This document shows, piece after piece, positions 34,945-44,490 of a stretch of DNA of 64,000 nucleotides; positions within the stretch are counted from its first letter, which is position 1; every line of letters begins with the position of its first letter. The translations under genes and the position numbers were made by a program. The stretch lies in NCBI GenBank assembly GCA_965222615.1, contig CBDCUI010000009.1:736001-800000 (forward strand), in the 5' to 3' direction. The notes below the pieces were generated by a model, which did not search any database, was not told the DNA's origin, and was given only the letters and a program-made list of their open reading frames with translations. Source of the stretch: Gammaproteobacteria bacterium. GTDB lineage: Bacteria; Pseudomonadota; Gammaproteobacteria; UBA4575.

Positions 34945-36369
34945 ATGGAGGATTATGTCTCGAATAAAACTTACCTACTACTTGTCTTTGTAACATTTTT
35001 CTTTTGCTTTAGTTGTAGTCATTCTCCAACACATACAAGCCATTCTTCTGTCGAAGTCCCGCTTGAAAAACAAGAAGAGGTCTTAGACATTGCTGACGAA
35101 AATCTTTTGCCAGATTTTATCGTGCCACCGATTAGTTCTCAGGCATTAAAGCTCCCAAAAGTAAATACTGTCAGCAACAACACATCCATTTGGCAACATA
35201 TTGCTAAAAACTTTGCACTCTCTGAATTTTTTAATCACCCTCGTGTAGTCAAACAAAAACAAAAGTATCTAAATAAACCAAATTACCTTGCTGATGTAAC
35301 ACAACGATCTGAGACATTTATTCATTTTGTCTTAAGTGAAGTTGAACGACGTAATTTACCAGCAGAATTAGTAATATTACCGATGGTAGAAAGCAACTAT
35401 TTTCCTAAAGCGCGTTCGCGTGCAAGAGCTGTCGGATTATGGCAATTTATGCCTTATACTGCCAAGGAATATGGCTTAAAAAGAACCTACAGCTATGATG
35501 GGCGTCACGATGTCTACGCATCTACTATTGCAGCACTCGACTATCTTGAACAACTTAATAAAAAATTTGATGGCAATTGGCTATTAACTTTAGCCGCATA
35601 CAATGCAGGCCCACATCGAATTAACCGAGCATTAAAAACAAGTTCGATTCCAGAAAATGAAAATGCCTATTGGAATTTAAAACTGCCTCGTGAGACATGC
35701 AACTATATCCCTAAAATATTAGCATTGAGCTCGATAGTAAATGATCTAAATTTAAGCGAAACATTGTTGCACCCCATCGAGGACAAATCATTTATTGAAC
35801 CAGTAGCAATAAAAAAACGTATTTCACCAGCAAAGTTAGTGCAAGCATCTGGTATAAGTGCCGATGAGCTACATAAACTAAATCCAGCACTACGCTTCTT
35901 AAACTATCCTCTACCTGAGGGGTATCACATGTTAGTGCCCAAGCAACAAGCACAACTTATTTCGATGACAGTTAATTCACTGCCCGAAGAGAATTTTCAA
36001 AACTTAGAGAAACATCTAATTAAAGATGGTGAGTCTTTAAGTGTCATTGCAAAGCTATATGGAACAACAATTACTGCAATACAAAATGCGAACAACTTGA
36101 CAGGAAATAAAATTGTAGCAGGGCGTACACTTTTAATACCTTTACACAACGATGATAAAAAACCAATTGCTCGAACCCAAACATCGCAAAAACAAGCAGC
36201 AACTAAACCCAAAGAAGCTAGTGGCCCATATTTTTATGTTGTAGCCATGGGTGATAGCTTTTGGAAAATAGCCTCTCGCAACAACACTACGGTCAACCGC
36301 CTAGCGATAATCAATGACAGAAACCCCAATCAGCCCCTCCAACCAGGCGAATCTATCCTGATCGATTAG
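34945..36369 (+). CDS. mltD: Lytic murein transglycosylase with LysM domains (MltD-like)
   Basis: LPMVES, GLWQFMP, LAAYNAG, C-terminal LysM repeats; start uncertain. Confidence 0.88.
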   Translation: MEDYVSNKTYLLLVFVTFFFCFSCSHSPTHTSHSSVEVPLEKQEEVLDIADENLLPDFIVPPISSQALKLPKVNTVSNNTSIWQHIAKNFALSEFFNHPRVVKQKQKYLNKPNYLADVTQRSETFIHFVLSEVERRNLPAELVILPMVESNYFPKARSRARAVGLWQFMPYTAKEYGLKRTYSYDGRHDVYASTIAALDYLEQLNKKFDGNWLLTLAAYNAGPHRINRALKTSSIPENENAYWNLKLPRETCNYIPKILALSSIVNDLNLSETLLHPIEDKSFIEPVAIKKRISPAKLVQASGISADELHKLNPALRFLNYPLPEGYHMLVPKQQAQLISMTVNSLPEENFQNLEKHLIKDGESLSVIAKLYGTTITAIQNANNLTGNKIVAGRTLLIPLHNDDKKPIARTQTSQKQAATKPKEASGPYFYVVAMGDSFWKIASRNNTTVNRLAIINDRNPNQPLQPGESILID

Positions 36370-36680
36370 CGGCTCAGATGCCGATTTGCTTGTCTAAACA
36401 ACTGAATTTTATACCTACATATCCCTAAAATTAGATTCTTCGTCGCGCCCTGAGGCGCCAATTATGGTGAAGGGATAGATGACTGTAGTATCCTCCAAAA
36501 GCTCGTAACTACCTTAATGATAGAGGAAATATGCGCTGTTTAAGTGGCTTTTAAGTCACTGATCAGAAATCAGTTACATGAATTCAAATCTACCGGCTAT
36601 AAGCTTTTAAACCAAGCAGTATTTAAATGGATATCTGGTCAATGAGCTAGACAGTTGCTCAATTGTGCAAAATAGTGAGT

Positions 36681-38168
36681 ATGTCAAAAGCAACTAAAAT
36701 AAGTAATAAATGGATCGGATTTGGTCTATTTGGTCTGATAGTGATTACATCAGCACAATGGAGTTTGCAACTTTCTCCTTGGGTTACAATTTTTGCAGTA
36801 CTTATTCTCATTATAAGTGCATACTTTTTTCTACGTACCGCAACTCATGAAATCGCTGACACTGATGAAAATGCTGCTGCGGATCGTTTCCTCTCACGAA
36901 ATAATGCACGAAGTGTAGGACTAAAACTTCAAGGTCTTGGTAAACTAAGCCTAGCATTTGAAAAATTTAAACAATGCTCTCACAATCACGATTCAGCCAA
37001 TCTTTTATACAATTTAGCGATTGATTTTCAAATCAAAAGTGAACCCGAAAACGCTAAACGGGTACTACAATATATCGCTACATTTGAGCCCAACTTTAAA
37101 GATGTAAAAGAACGTTTAAGTTTCTTCGAACCCGAACCAATTACAATAGTAGATGATAGTATTGCTGAGGATCTAGAAGAGGAAGAACCTACTGCAATTG
37201 AGCCTTATGTAGAGAAACGCTCTTTTATAGATACTATCCAGGAAAAATTTTTAAAAACTGCAGATAAACTAGAATCACAACCAGATACAGAAGAGCATGA
37301 AACTTCCGACATCGATGAAGAGCTTAGCGATTATCCACGTCTTTATGGCAGTCGCTACAAAGTTATTAAGCTCCTTGGCAAAGGGACTACTGGAGCAGTC
37401 TTTAAAGGTAAAGATTTAGCTGCAGATAGGCTACTTGCTATCAAAGTATTAAACCTTACTAGTGAACTAGACCCAGATCAGTTAGACGAATATAAATTTC
37501 GTTTTCATCGTGAGGCAGATACTGCGGGTAATCTCGAGCACCCAAATATAGTCAAGATTTATGATAATGGGGAAACCGAAGGTTTTGCCTATATTGTCAT
37601 GGAATACGTAGATGGTATAAATTTACGCTACTATGCGCGTGCAGATAAACTTCTACACCCTAAGAAAGTATTAAAATTGATTGCTCAGTCAGCTGACGCA
37701 CTTACCTACGCCCATAAACAAAGCCTGATTCATCGCGATATCAAGCCTGCTAATATTCTGTATAACCAAAGCGACGATTTTGTTAAGCTGACTGATTTCG
37801 GAATTGCAAAAATACCTGACTCAACACGAACTCGTGCAGGTTCAATACTAGGTACACCTTTATATATGTCTCCTGAGCAACTTGCAGGAGAAACCTTAGA
37901 TGCTCGCTCCGATTTATATTCTCTAGGCGTAACCTTATATCATCTATTAACCGGTTCACCACCCTTTCGTCCAAAAACTATGGCAGAATTACTGCGTTCT
38001 ATCACACATGAAAGGCATAAAGATATCGCCGAAATTAACCCAGGCACACCTGCTTGCATAGCTTGGACTGTCAACAAGGCATTAGAGAAAGATCCAGACA
38101 AACGCTTTCAATCTGCTGCAAGCATGGCCAACAAACTACGCGAATGCGAGATGATGCTTGATGGCTAA
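36681..38168 (+). CDS. Membrane-anchored Hanks-type Ser/Thr protein kinase
   Basis: Two N-terminal TM segments; LGKGTTG, AIK, HRDIKPANIL, DFG, GTPLYMSPEQ. Confidence 0.95.
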   Translation: MSKATKISNKWIGFGLFGLIVITSAQWSLQLSPWVTIFAVLILIISAYFFLRTATHEIADTDENAAADRFLSRNNARSVGLKLQGLGKLSLAFEKFKQCSHNHDSANLLYNLAIDFQIKSEPENAKRVLQYIATFEPNFKDVKERLSFFEPEPITIVDDSIAEDLEEEEPTAIEPYVEKRSFIDTIQEKFLKTADKLESQPDTEEHETSDIDEELSDYPRLYGSRYKVIKLLGKGTTGAVFKGKDLAADRLLAIKVLNLTSELDPDQLDEYKFRFHREADTAGNLEHPNIVKIYDNGETEGFAYIVMEYVDGINLRYYARADKLLHPKKVLKLIAQSADALTYAHKQSLIHRDIKPANILYNQSDDFVKLTDFGIAKIPDSTRTRAGSILGTPLYMSPEQLAGETLDARSDLYSLGVTLYHLLTGSPPFRPKTMAELLRSITHERHKDIAEINPGTPACIAWTVNKALEKDPDKRFQSAASMANKLRECEMMLDG

Positions 38169-38177
38169 ACAATCCCT

Positions 38178-39005
38178 ATGAACTTAAAAGGTACACTTGA
38201 TATTGCTGGACGCTCAAACACAGGACTAGTGCGTGCAAACAATGAAGACAAAATAGGCGAAGATCAAGAAATTGGTTTAGTCGTACTAGCAGATGGTATG
38301 GGTGGCTATAAGGGTGGAGAAGTTGCAAGCCGTATTGCAGTTAATACTATTTTAGAAGAATTACGTACAGAAATTCCTAATCTCATACCAGGAGAAATAG
38401 ACGAACAAACTGGGTATACAAAGGAAAGTTTAGCTGCGCGTAAATCTATTGTTAAAGCCAACGAATCAATTTTTACAGTAAGTACAAGTGAACCACAATA
38501 TCGTGGCATGGGCACAACACTTGTAATGGGAATCTTTTACGATAACCAAATCACTATTGCACATGTCGGTGACTCAAGGATGTATCGTTATCGAGATGGA
38601 AATTTTCAACAAGTAACAGTAGATCATACTCTGTTACAGGAACTCGTTGATCGTGGTTTTTATACGCAAGAAGAAGCAAACTCATCGCTCAATAAAAATT
38701 TAGTCACGCGTGCACTAGGCATTGAAGGTAGTATCGCAGTAGATATCAAAGAAGATTTGGCAATGCCTGATGACATTTACTTGCTATGCTCCGATGGTCT
38801 GACAGATATGGTCGATGATCAGGAAATTCATGCAACGGTAACGGCATTTAAGGATAATCTTGATGAATTGGCGGATAAGTTGATTGCAATTGCTAATGAG
38901 AATGGGGGCCGAGACAACGTTTCGGTATTATTAGCAAAACCAAATAAAGAGTTTCCTGGTAAGAAAACTTGGAAGAAAAAGTTTAGTAAATTTCTCCACA
39001 AGTAG
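38178..39005 (+). CDS. PP2C-family (Stp1-like) protein phosphatase
   Basis: RANNED, ADGMGG, HVGDSR, LCSDGL, GGRDN. Confidence 0.95.
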   Translation: MNLKGTLDIAGRSNTGLVRANNEDKIGEDQEIGLVVLADGMGGYKGGEVASRIAVNTILEELRTEIPNLIPGEIDEQTGYTKESLAARKSIVKANESIFTVSTSEPQYRGMGTTLVMGIFYDNQITIAHVGDSRMYRYRDGNFQQVTVDHTLLQELVDRGFYTQEEANSSLNKNLVTRALGIEGSIAVDIKEDLAMPDDIYLLCSDGLTDMVDDQEIHATVTAFKDNLDELADKLIAIANENGGRDNVSVLLAKPNKEFPGKKTWKKKFSKFLHK

Positions 39006-39014
39006 AATTGTGAC

Positions 39015-39971
39015 ATGCCTAAATTAATTTTAAGCGTCGATGATAAGATCATTGACGAATTCAATATAGATAAAGACACTGTCACCATCGGTCGACGAAC
39101 AGACAATGATATCTGTTTGGATAATCTTGCGATCAGTGGTTATCATTCTCAAATTACTACTGTGCTCAATGATTCTTTTTTGGAAGATTTGAACAGCACA
39201 AATGGGACATTTGTAAACTCTAAAATTGTCAAAAAGCATGCATTGAAAGATGGCGATATTATCGATATCGGAAACCATCGTATTAAATATATCAATCATC
39301 TTGCCACTAGTTCAGCCAATAGCGAATTTGAAAAAACAGTGGTAATAAGCCCCAACTACAATGAGAAAAAAATTGATGCTTCGATTGAAAACTTAGAAAG
39401 TGAAATTGAAGCGCTTATCGATACAAAAGAAGATGCCGACAATGACTCTCAAGATAGCAATAATAATGAACAAGCCGTTGCACTGATCGATGCAATCTAT
39501 GATGGACATGAAGATACCTCTCTAAAAATACCATCTATAGAAGATTCACCAGCTTCAGAAGAACCAGAGCTCAAAAAAGAATCATCTGCTGAAAATTTAG
39601 CTGATGAAAAATTAAGTTCTGAAGAAATGGGCCCTGTAGAAGCTACTATAGAAAAATCATCACCTAAAAAAGAAACTCCTTCCAAATCAGATGATAATGA
39701 AAACAAACTAGGCCGTATTCAAATTCTCAGTGGCAGTAATTGTGGTAAAGAATTAACTCTCGATAAGACTTTAACAACCTTAGGCAAGCCTGAGGTCGCG
39801 GTAGTTGGCATCACTAAACGCCGCAGTGGTTATTTCATCGTACATATCGATGGCAGTGAAGGTAATGCCTCTAGATTGAATGGTGAAATTATTAAAGGCA
39901 AAGCCCAGCCTCTAGAAGATCATGACATCATCGATGTCGCTGGGATTAAGTTAGAGTTTTTTGTCGAATAA
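39015..39971 (+). CDS. Double FHA-domain protein with acidic linker
   Basis: IGR, S..H, STNGTFVN; second FHA-like domain at C-terminus. Confidence 0.92.
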   Translation: MPKLILSVDDKIIDEFNIDKDTVTIGRRTDNDICLDNLAISGYHSQITTVLNDSFLEDLNSTNGTFVNSKIVKKHALKDGDIIDIGNHRIKYINHLATSSANSEFEKTVVISPNYNEKKIDASIENLESEIEALIDTKEDADNDSQDSNNNEQAVALIDAIYDGHEDTSLKIPSIEDSPASEEPELKKESSAENLADEKLSSEEMGPVEATIEKSSPKKETPSKSDDNENKLGRIQILSGSNCGKELTLDKTLTTLGKPEVAVVGITKRRSGYFIVHIDGSEGNASRLNGEIIKGKAQPLEDHDIIDVAGIKLEFFVE

Positions 39972-40006
39972 TCTCGAAGTATTTTTCATTAAGCTGTTTG
40001 AAACAA

Positions 40007-40510
40007 CTATAACTTATAAGTGACTGCTTTTGAGTCAAAGCATACTAGCTTGTGTGTTTTTACACTGTACTTAAATTTATGCTTTAAAAGCCTTAGCAAA
40101 TTAGATAATAACTCATTAACTGAATTAACCATAACATCAACAGTTAAAGCCCCTTCAAGCAGGACCCCTTCAAGCCCACCTTTTTGATTTACCACTGGCA
40201 CAGAGCTAACCCCAGCATCTCTCATATGTGCAATTGTCTCTATTATGTAGTCGTCTTCTACGGCAGTTAATATTTCATTACTAATAACATACTTCACAGC
40301 AACGTCATTCAGATTTATCTCATTGATCAACATATCAGTCACGACATCCCTATCTGCTAACGCGCCTATAGGTAAGTGTTGATTATCCTTATATTCAACT
40401 ACGACAATATCCCCAACGTGATTGTTACGCATAGTTTGAGCTGCTTTTTGTATTGAGTCGTCAGGTTGGCATATGACTACATTTTGATTTCTTAATTTGT
40501 CGATATACAT
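40007..40510 (-). CDS. CBS-domain protein, possibly degenerate
   Basis: AAQTMRNNHVGDIVVV, DRD, MRDAGV..VPVV. Confidence 0.75.
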   Translation of the reverse strand: MYIDKLRNQNVVICQPDDSIQKAAQTMRNNHVGDIVVVEYKDNQHLPIGALADRDVVTDMLINEINLNDVAVKYVISNEILTAVEDDYIIETIAHMRDAGVSSVPVVNQKGGLEGVLLEGALTVDVMVNSVNELLSNLLRLLKHKFKYSVKTHKLVCFDSKAVTYKL

Positions 40511-40582
40511 AGTTTCTTACCCTTTAACTTTTAAGAGAACGTCCTTGTTCATTAGTTGTCCGTAGTATTTTTTACCAAAATA

Positions 40583-41275
40583 TTATTTAGCTGGCACAAA
40601 GATTGCTGCACGAATCGGCGGTAAAGGATTACCCATGGGATCAAGATCATCATGATCAGTAGTTAGATCTGTTATCCATGATGTATCACCAAGCATTGTC
40701 TCCATAGGAAGATCATGTATAGCCAACGCAATATGAACATCTGCCTTGAACCCATGACCTCGTTTTAATCCAACATCACTATTCTTGCCCAGTCCTTTAT
40801 TTATGTGTATTCCCTCTGGTATTTTTCCTGCAACTGTCTTGGCATGAATATTGACCACGCCATTGCCCATTCCATCGTCGGTACTAATTGCACTGCCTGC
40901 ATAATAAACTGCTGTTTGTGTGTCTGGATTTGAAATATCACTAAGAGCACACTTTGTTAATACTTCTCCATCTGGACCTTTCACTACAGTTTCATCATCG
41001 CACTTGTTTGGTTTGTTAAATATGATAAACCAAGCGGTAACGGGTACACCTGGATTTGGCACTAATGACATAATATTCGCTTTTAATTCATTTTTTTTAC
41101 GAAATAATGTCGCGGCACCTGTATATAGTGAACTCTCACTAACACCACCTTGACTACCATCAAATGTAAGCACATCTGCTGCTTGATACGCTAATTTCAT
41201 ATCGCCAGAGGAAGCATGAGCTGGAGAGCAAATAAATATTGCGGTAATAAATGAAATTAAAAATATTTTTTTCAT
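40583..41275 (-). CDS. Secreted hypothetical protein (candidate ECF target 1)
   Basis: Signal peptide ending AHA; TAWFIIFNKP..C...C; DVHIAL..H. Confidence 0.8.
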   Translation of the reverse strand: MKKIFLISFITAIFICSPAHASSGDMKLAYQAADVLTFDGSQGGVSESSLYTGAATLFRKKNELKANIMSLVPNPGVPVTAWFIIFNKPNKCDDETVVKGPDGEVLTKCALSDISNPDTQTAVYYAGSAISTDDGMGNGVVNIHAKTVAGKIPEGIHINKGLGKNSDVGLKRGHGFKADVHIALAIHDLPMETMLGDTSWITDLTTDHDDLDPMGNPLPPIRAAIFVPAK

Positions 41276-41420
41276 AAGTTATTCCCCTTCTTTTCTAATA
41301 AAAATTTTATAAAGTTATGAAAATTAGTGAATGCTGTTTCCAGCATTCAGGTTTACTTGAGCAAAAATTTATTTGCTTAAGTTACTAGTAAAGATGGGAG
41401 ATAGATAAAATTGTCAGAAA
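41276..41420 (-). promoter_or_regulatory. Conserved promoter/leader copy 1 with TCTGACA-N14-CCATCT
   Basis: Collinear with 42147-42290 and 50927-51070; motif at 41392-41418. Confidence 0.85.
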
Positions 41421-41633
41421 AAATTTTTGAGGCTAGTGAAAAGACAGATGTTTGGTACGGTTGCTTGTGCCAATAATGGTATTCAGTGGTACACAAGTTA
41501 TCTCAGTGGGTTTCAGAGTGGCCCGTAATTGACACATTGATTCAGATTAGCCTTTATGCGGCCTACCGTACTGAACAAACCGATACTTCGCTACTCCTGA
41601 AGTTCTATACCCTGCATTCAGAAATGCCCAACC

Positions 41634-42146
41634 TTAGTCATCGTCGCTTCTGTCATTATCTTCGGAGTTTAACAAGTCCAGGCGTCGGCCCTCATAGGTA
41701 ATGAATCCGAATGGAAACTCTACGTCTGGCGTACCATTCAAATCTGGAAAATCTTCGCTATTGGCAGCGTTCACGAAATACTGTTTTATACCTATGTCAC
41801 CCTTCAGAATATCGTTGTCGAGCTTCAGCTGTAACGTCGCCAACGTTATGTGCTGTTGCACTCCGGTACTGTCGTAATGGATATTGATTAGTTTAACCAG
41901 GATATTCTTGCGACTAATTTTTTCCCAGTTTCCATATGCCACTGAATCAAATCCATCACTGAAATCTGAAGTGTCCACCGACGTCGCGGTGCCATCCTGA
42001 TGTAGTGTTAAGATACGATGAAACAGGAGGTCATCTAAAATCGAAACATTACCAGGGAATACGCCAACCAGATTCGAATCCGCATCAGCACTTAATGTGA
42101 TACACAGAAATAGAATTGTCGATAAAAAACGGACTATTATTTTCAT
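41634..42146 (-). CDS. Secreted beta-strand-rich hypothetical protein (candidate ECF target 2)
   Basis: Signal peptide ending ADA; LTLHQDGT...YGNWEK pattern. Confidence 0.8.
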   Translation of the reverse strand: MKIIVRFLSTILFLCITLSADADSNLVGVFPGNVSILDDLLFHRILTLHQDGTATSVDTSDFSDGFDSVAYGNWEKISRKNILVKLINIHYDSTGVQQHITLATLQLKLDNDILKGDIGIKQYFVNAANSEDFPDLNGTPDVEFPFGFITYEGRRLDLLNSEDNDRSDDD

Positions 42147-42290
42147 CTGAACTCCCCTTCTTTTCTAATAAAAATTTTATAAAGTTATGAAAATTGATAA
42201 ATACTGTTACCAATTTTTACGTTTGCTTGAGAAAATGTTTAATTACTCAAGTTACTGGTAAAGATGGGGGATAGATGAATTTGTCAGAAA
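42147..42290 (-). promoter_or_regulatory. Conserved promoter/leader copy 2 with TCTGACA-N14-CCATCT
   Basis: Motif at 42262-42288. Confidence 0.85.
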
Positions 42291-42364
42291 AATTTTTATT
42301 ATTTTATGATTTAAAATAACCAAGAAGGCAGAAATAATATTTTGGGCTAGCAAAATACAGATGC

Positions 42365-43030
42365 TTATTGCATAACCACTAATTTATAGCGGGCTTTCGA
42401 TGTTCTTCCTTTTAAATCTGCTATCCTTACAGTTAACAAGTGTTGACCGCTCGGAAGGCTCATTTTTTTAATATTGAGTTGATTAGATTTAATCTTTGAT
42501 GATCTCAAAATACGTTCAGTTATGTCTGCATTCAATAAGCCGTATGTCAATTGAAAACTCTTTGCATCTATTTCTGAGTTTGGTGATGCTTCAAACGAGA
42601 GCTTAAACGCAAATGGTGATGTAATATTTTTTATATCTTTAGGTTTTTCGAGTGTAATTATTGGAAATTCTGGATCAATTGACATTTCTACTGCTTCCAA
42701 GGAAAGAAGTTGCTCCTTTGTCAAAGAAGCTATGTACTGATTTTCCGCATTAACATCTTTTTGGCTAATCAGCGGAAGCTGTGTAGGAACTAATTGTGTA
42801 TACAGCAAAATAGATACTGATAAAACTATAGTGGCTGCAATAGCAAAATAGGTAGGAGTGCTTAAATGTTTATTACGATCACTGGGTTCATCTGCATTTA
42901 TCTGGTTATTTACTTTTTGCATCAACTTGGATTTGAATGACTCAATGTCTGTGTCACTCACTAACGTTTCAAAATGCTTTTGTTCACGTTCTAAAGTCGT
43001 TTTCAGTTGTTCTTCAGCAGAATCACTCAT
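42365..43030 (-). CDS. Putative single-pass anti-sigma factor with periplasmic beta domain
   Basis: Directly downstream of ECF sigma; ~60-aa helical N-terminus, TM YFAIAATIVLSVSILLY, C-terminal beta-rich domain. Confidence 0.7.
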   Translation of the reverse strand: MSDSAEEQLKTTLEREQKHFETLVSDTDIESFKSKLMQKVNNQINADEPSDRNKHLSTPTYFAIAATIVLSVSILLYTQLVPTQLPLISQKDVNAENQYIASLTKEQLLSLEAVEMSIDPEFPIITLEKPKDIKNITSPFAFKLSFEASPNSEIDAKSFQLTYGLLNADITERILRSSKIKSNQLNIKKMSLPSGQHLLTVRIADLKGRTSKARYKLVVMQ

Positions 43031-43047
43031 ATTAATCTTCTACAAAT

Positions 43048-43629
43048 TTAACTAATCGTACTAATGTTTAATAAAACATCTTCACCACAAAATTTTTTTA
43101 TTAATTCTTGTAATTTCTTTCTTGCTTGTGAAACATATTCACGTGTAGCACCATAAGTCTTATCCATAAAAACTGCCACATCTTTTAGGCTCCATCCATT
43201 CAGCACTGATAATTCAATGATCAAAGCTTCATCATAAGAGCGCTTTCGAAGTGCGCTGATGGCTTCACCCAAACAATTTTCCAATAATAAATCATTAACA
43301 GTATACGTGCTCAAAATTTCTTCTAGTTGGTCGTTTTCCAACGAGTATTCTTTAATTGTGGATTGTTCTCGTAAATATTCGTTGAATGAGTTAAAAAACA
43401 TTCTCCATAAATAAGGGCGTATTTGATTTGCTTTTGCGATGAGCTTCGGTTTATTAGCTATTTTTAAAAATACGTTTTGAATAATATCCTCCGCATCGGC
43501 ATTGGATACACCCCTTTTATATAGATGACCCAGATACTTCTGCGCTAATTCATCATATAAATACGAAATGGCTTGAATCACTTGTTTCTTTTCCCCCAAT
43601 AAGTATTTTTTTATCAAAATATCATCCAT
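43048..43629 (-). CDS. ECF RNA polymerase sigma factor
   Basis: Region 2 DAEDIIQNVFLK...YLWR...N; region 4 GWSLKDVA...GATREYVSQARKKL; 193 aa. Confidence 0.9.
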   Translation of the reverse strand: MDDILIKKYLLGEKKQVIQAISYLYDELAQKYLGHLYKRGVSNADAEDIIQNVFLKIANKPKLIAKANQIRPYLWRMFFNSFNEYLREQSTIKEYSLENDQLEEILSTYTVNDLLLENCLGEAISALRKRSYDEALIIELSVLNGWSLKDVAVFMDKTYGATREYVSQARKKLQELIKKFCGEDVLLNISTIS

Positions 43630-43686
43630 TGACCATACTCATATTAGTGTTATCAAACATCAAATTATCTACGTATATTTAATTAT

Positions 43687-43714
43687 AGTTGCCTTTATGA
43701 AGTAAAATGTCAGA
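43687..43714 (-). promoter_or_regulatory. Possible autoregulatory promoter of the ECF sigma gene
   Basis: Minus strand TCTGACA-N15-GCAACT; weaker match to the motif. Confidence 0.45.
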
Positions 43715-43834
43715 ATATATTGCTTGTCAACAAGAAATATCTAATCTTTTTTCAAATCACGAAGAATTGGTTGGAGGCTATTATGCAATTAGTTACAAAT
43801 TGGTTACAACTCAGAATCCTGATATTAGTTAGAA

Positions 43835-43861
43835 TCTGACAGTTTCATCAAGTAACCATCT
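43835..43861 (+). promoter_or_regulatory. Promoter motif upstream of ompA-caspase operon
   Basis: TCTGACA-GTTTCATCAAGTAA(14)-CCATCT. Confidence 0.8.
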
Positions 43862-43897
43862 ATGACCATCGATTCCATGTCAGTTCACTTAAAAATA

Positions 43898-44461
43898 ATG
43901 GAATTTATAAAGTTATTTGTAACATTTGCATCCTGTTTAATAGGGACAATTATATTTGCTCAGGATGTTGATGTAATCATGGATAGTGGGACCATTGTAG
44001 AAGATTTACTAAAAGAGGATGGGATGACTCGCGGCATAAACGTTCAAGCAGTCAGTACCCCTTCATCTGATAAAACAAAGTCAGTAAGCAAAAGCGACGA
44101 AAAAAGCCCAAGTGTAGTTGCATTAAATATCCAATTTCATTTTGATTCAGCAAAATTAACAGAATCGGCTATTCTTCAATTAAATGAATTAGGTAAAGCT
44201 ATCACATCAAAACAACTTAACCATTATACATTCGAACTGATGGGTCATACCGACAGCGTAGGAAACCATGAATATAATCAATGGCTTTCTGAACAACGCG
44301 CTCTATCAACTAAGCACTATCTAATCAAAAATTTTAATGTAAAAAAGAATAAGTTGATTACATATGGTTATGGCGAAGAAAAACCACTGTTATTAAATGA
44401 TCCTACAAATAGCATTAATAGAAGGGTTGAAATACGAATACTTACAAGAACAAATAATTAA
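43898..44461 (+). CDS. Periplasmic OmpA C-terminal (peptidoglycan-binding) domain protein
   Basis: Signal peptide from MEFIKL; IQFHFDSA, GHTD..G...YN..LS.QRA, GYGE, NRRVEI. Confidence 0.92.
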   Translation: MEFIKLFVTFASCLIGTIIFAQDVDVIMDSGTIVEDLLKEDGMTRGINVQAVSTPSSDKTKSVSKSDEKSPSVVALNIQFHFDSAKLTESAILQLNELGKAITSKQLNHYTFELMGHTDSVGNHEYNQWLSEQRALSTKHYLIKNFNVKKNKLITYGYGEEKPLLLNDPTNSINRRVEIRILTRTNN

Positions 44462-44490
44462 TATTCAAAAATAATAAATTGGGACCGCTT

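Noticed and set aside
43048-43629. Activation of the ECF sigma by the neighbouring Ser/Thr kinase (EcfP/EcfK type)
   Set aside because: The sigma keeps the canonical DAED motif and has an adjacent anti-sigma candidate; phosphorylation-activated ECFs typically lack both
43862-43897. ORF-track start of the OmpA gene, and extended starts of nuoD, tpiA, rlmE, rnhA and the ABC binding protein
   Set aside because: Extensions overlap promoters, repeats or neighbouring genes; downstream starts fit family N-termini or signal peptides
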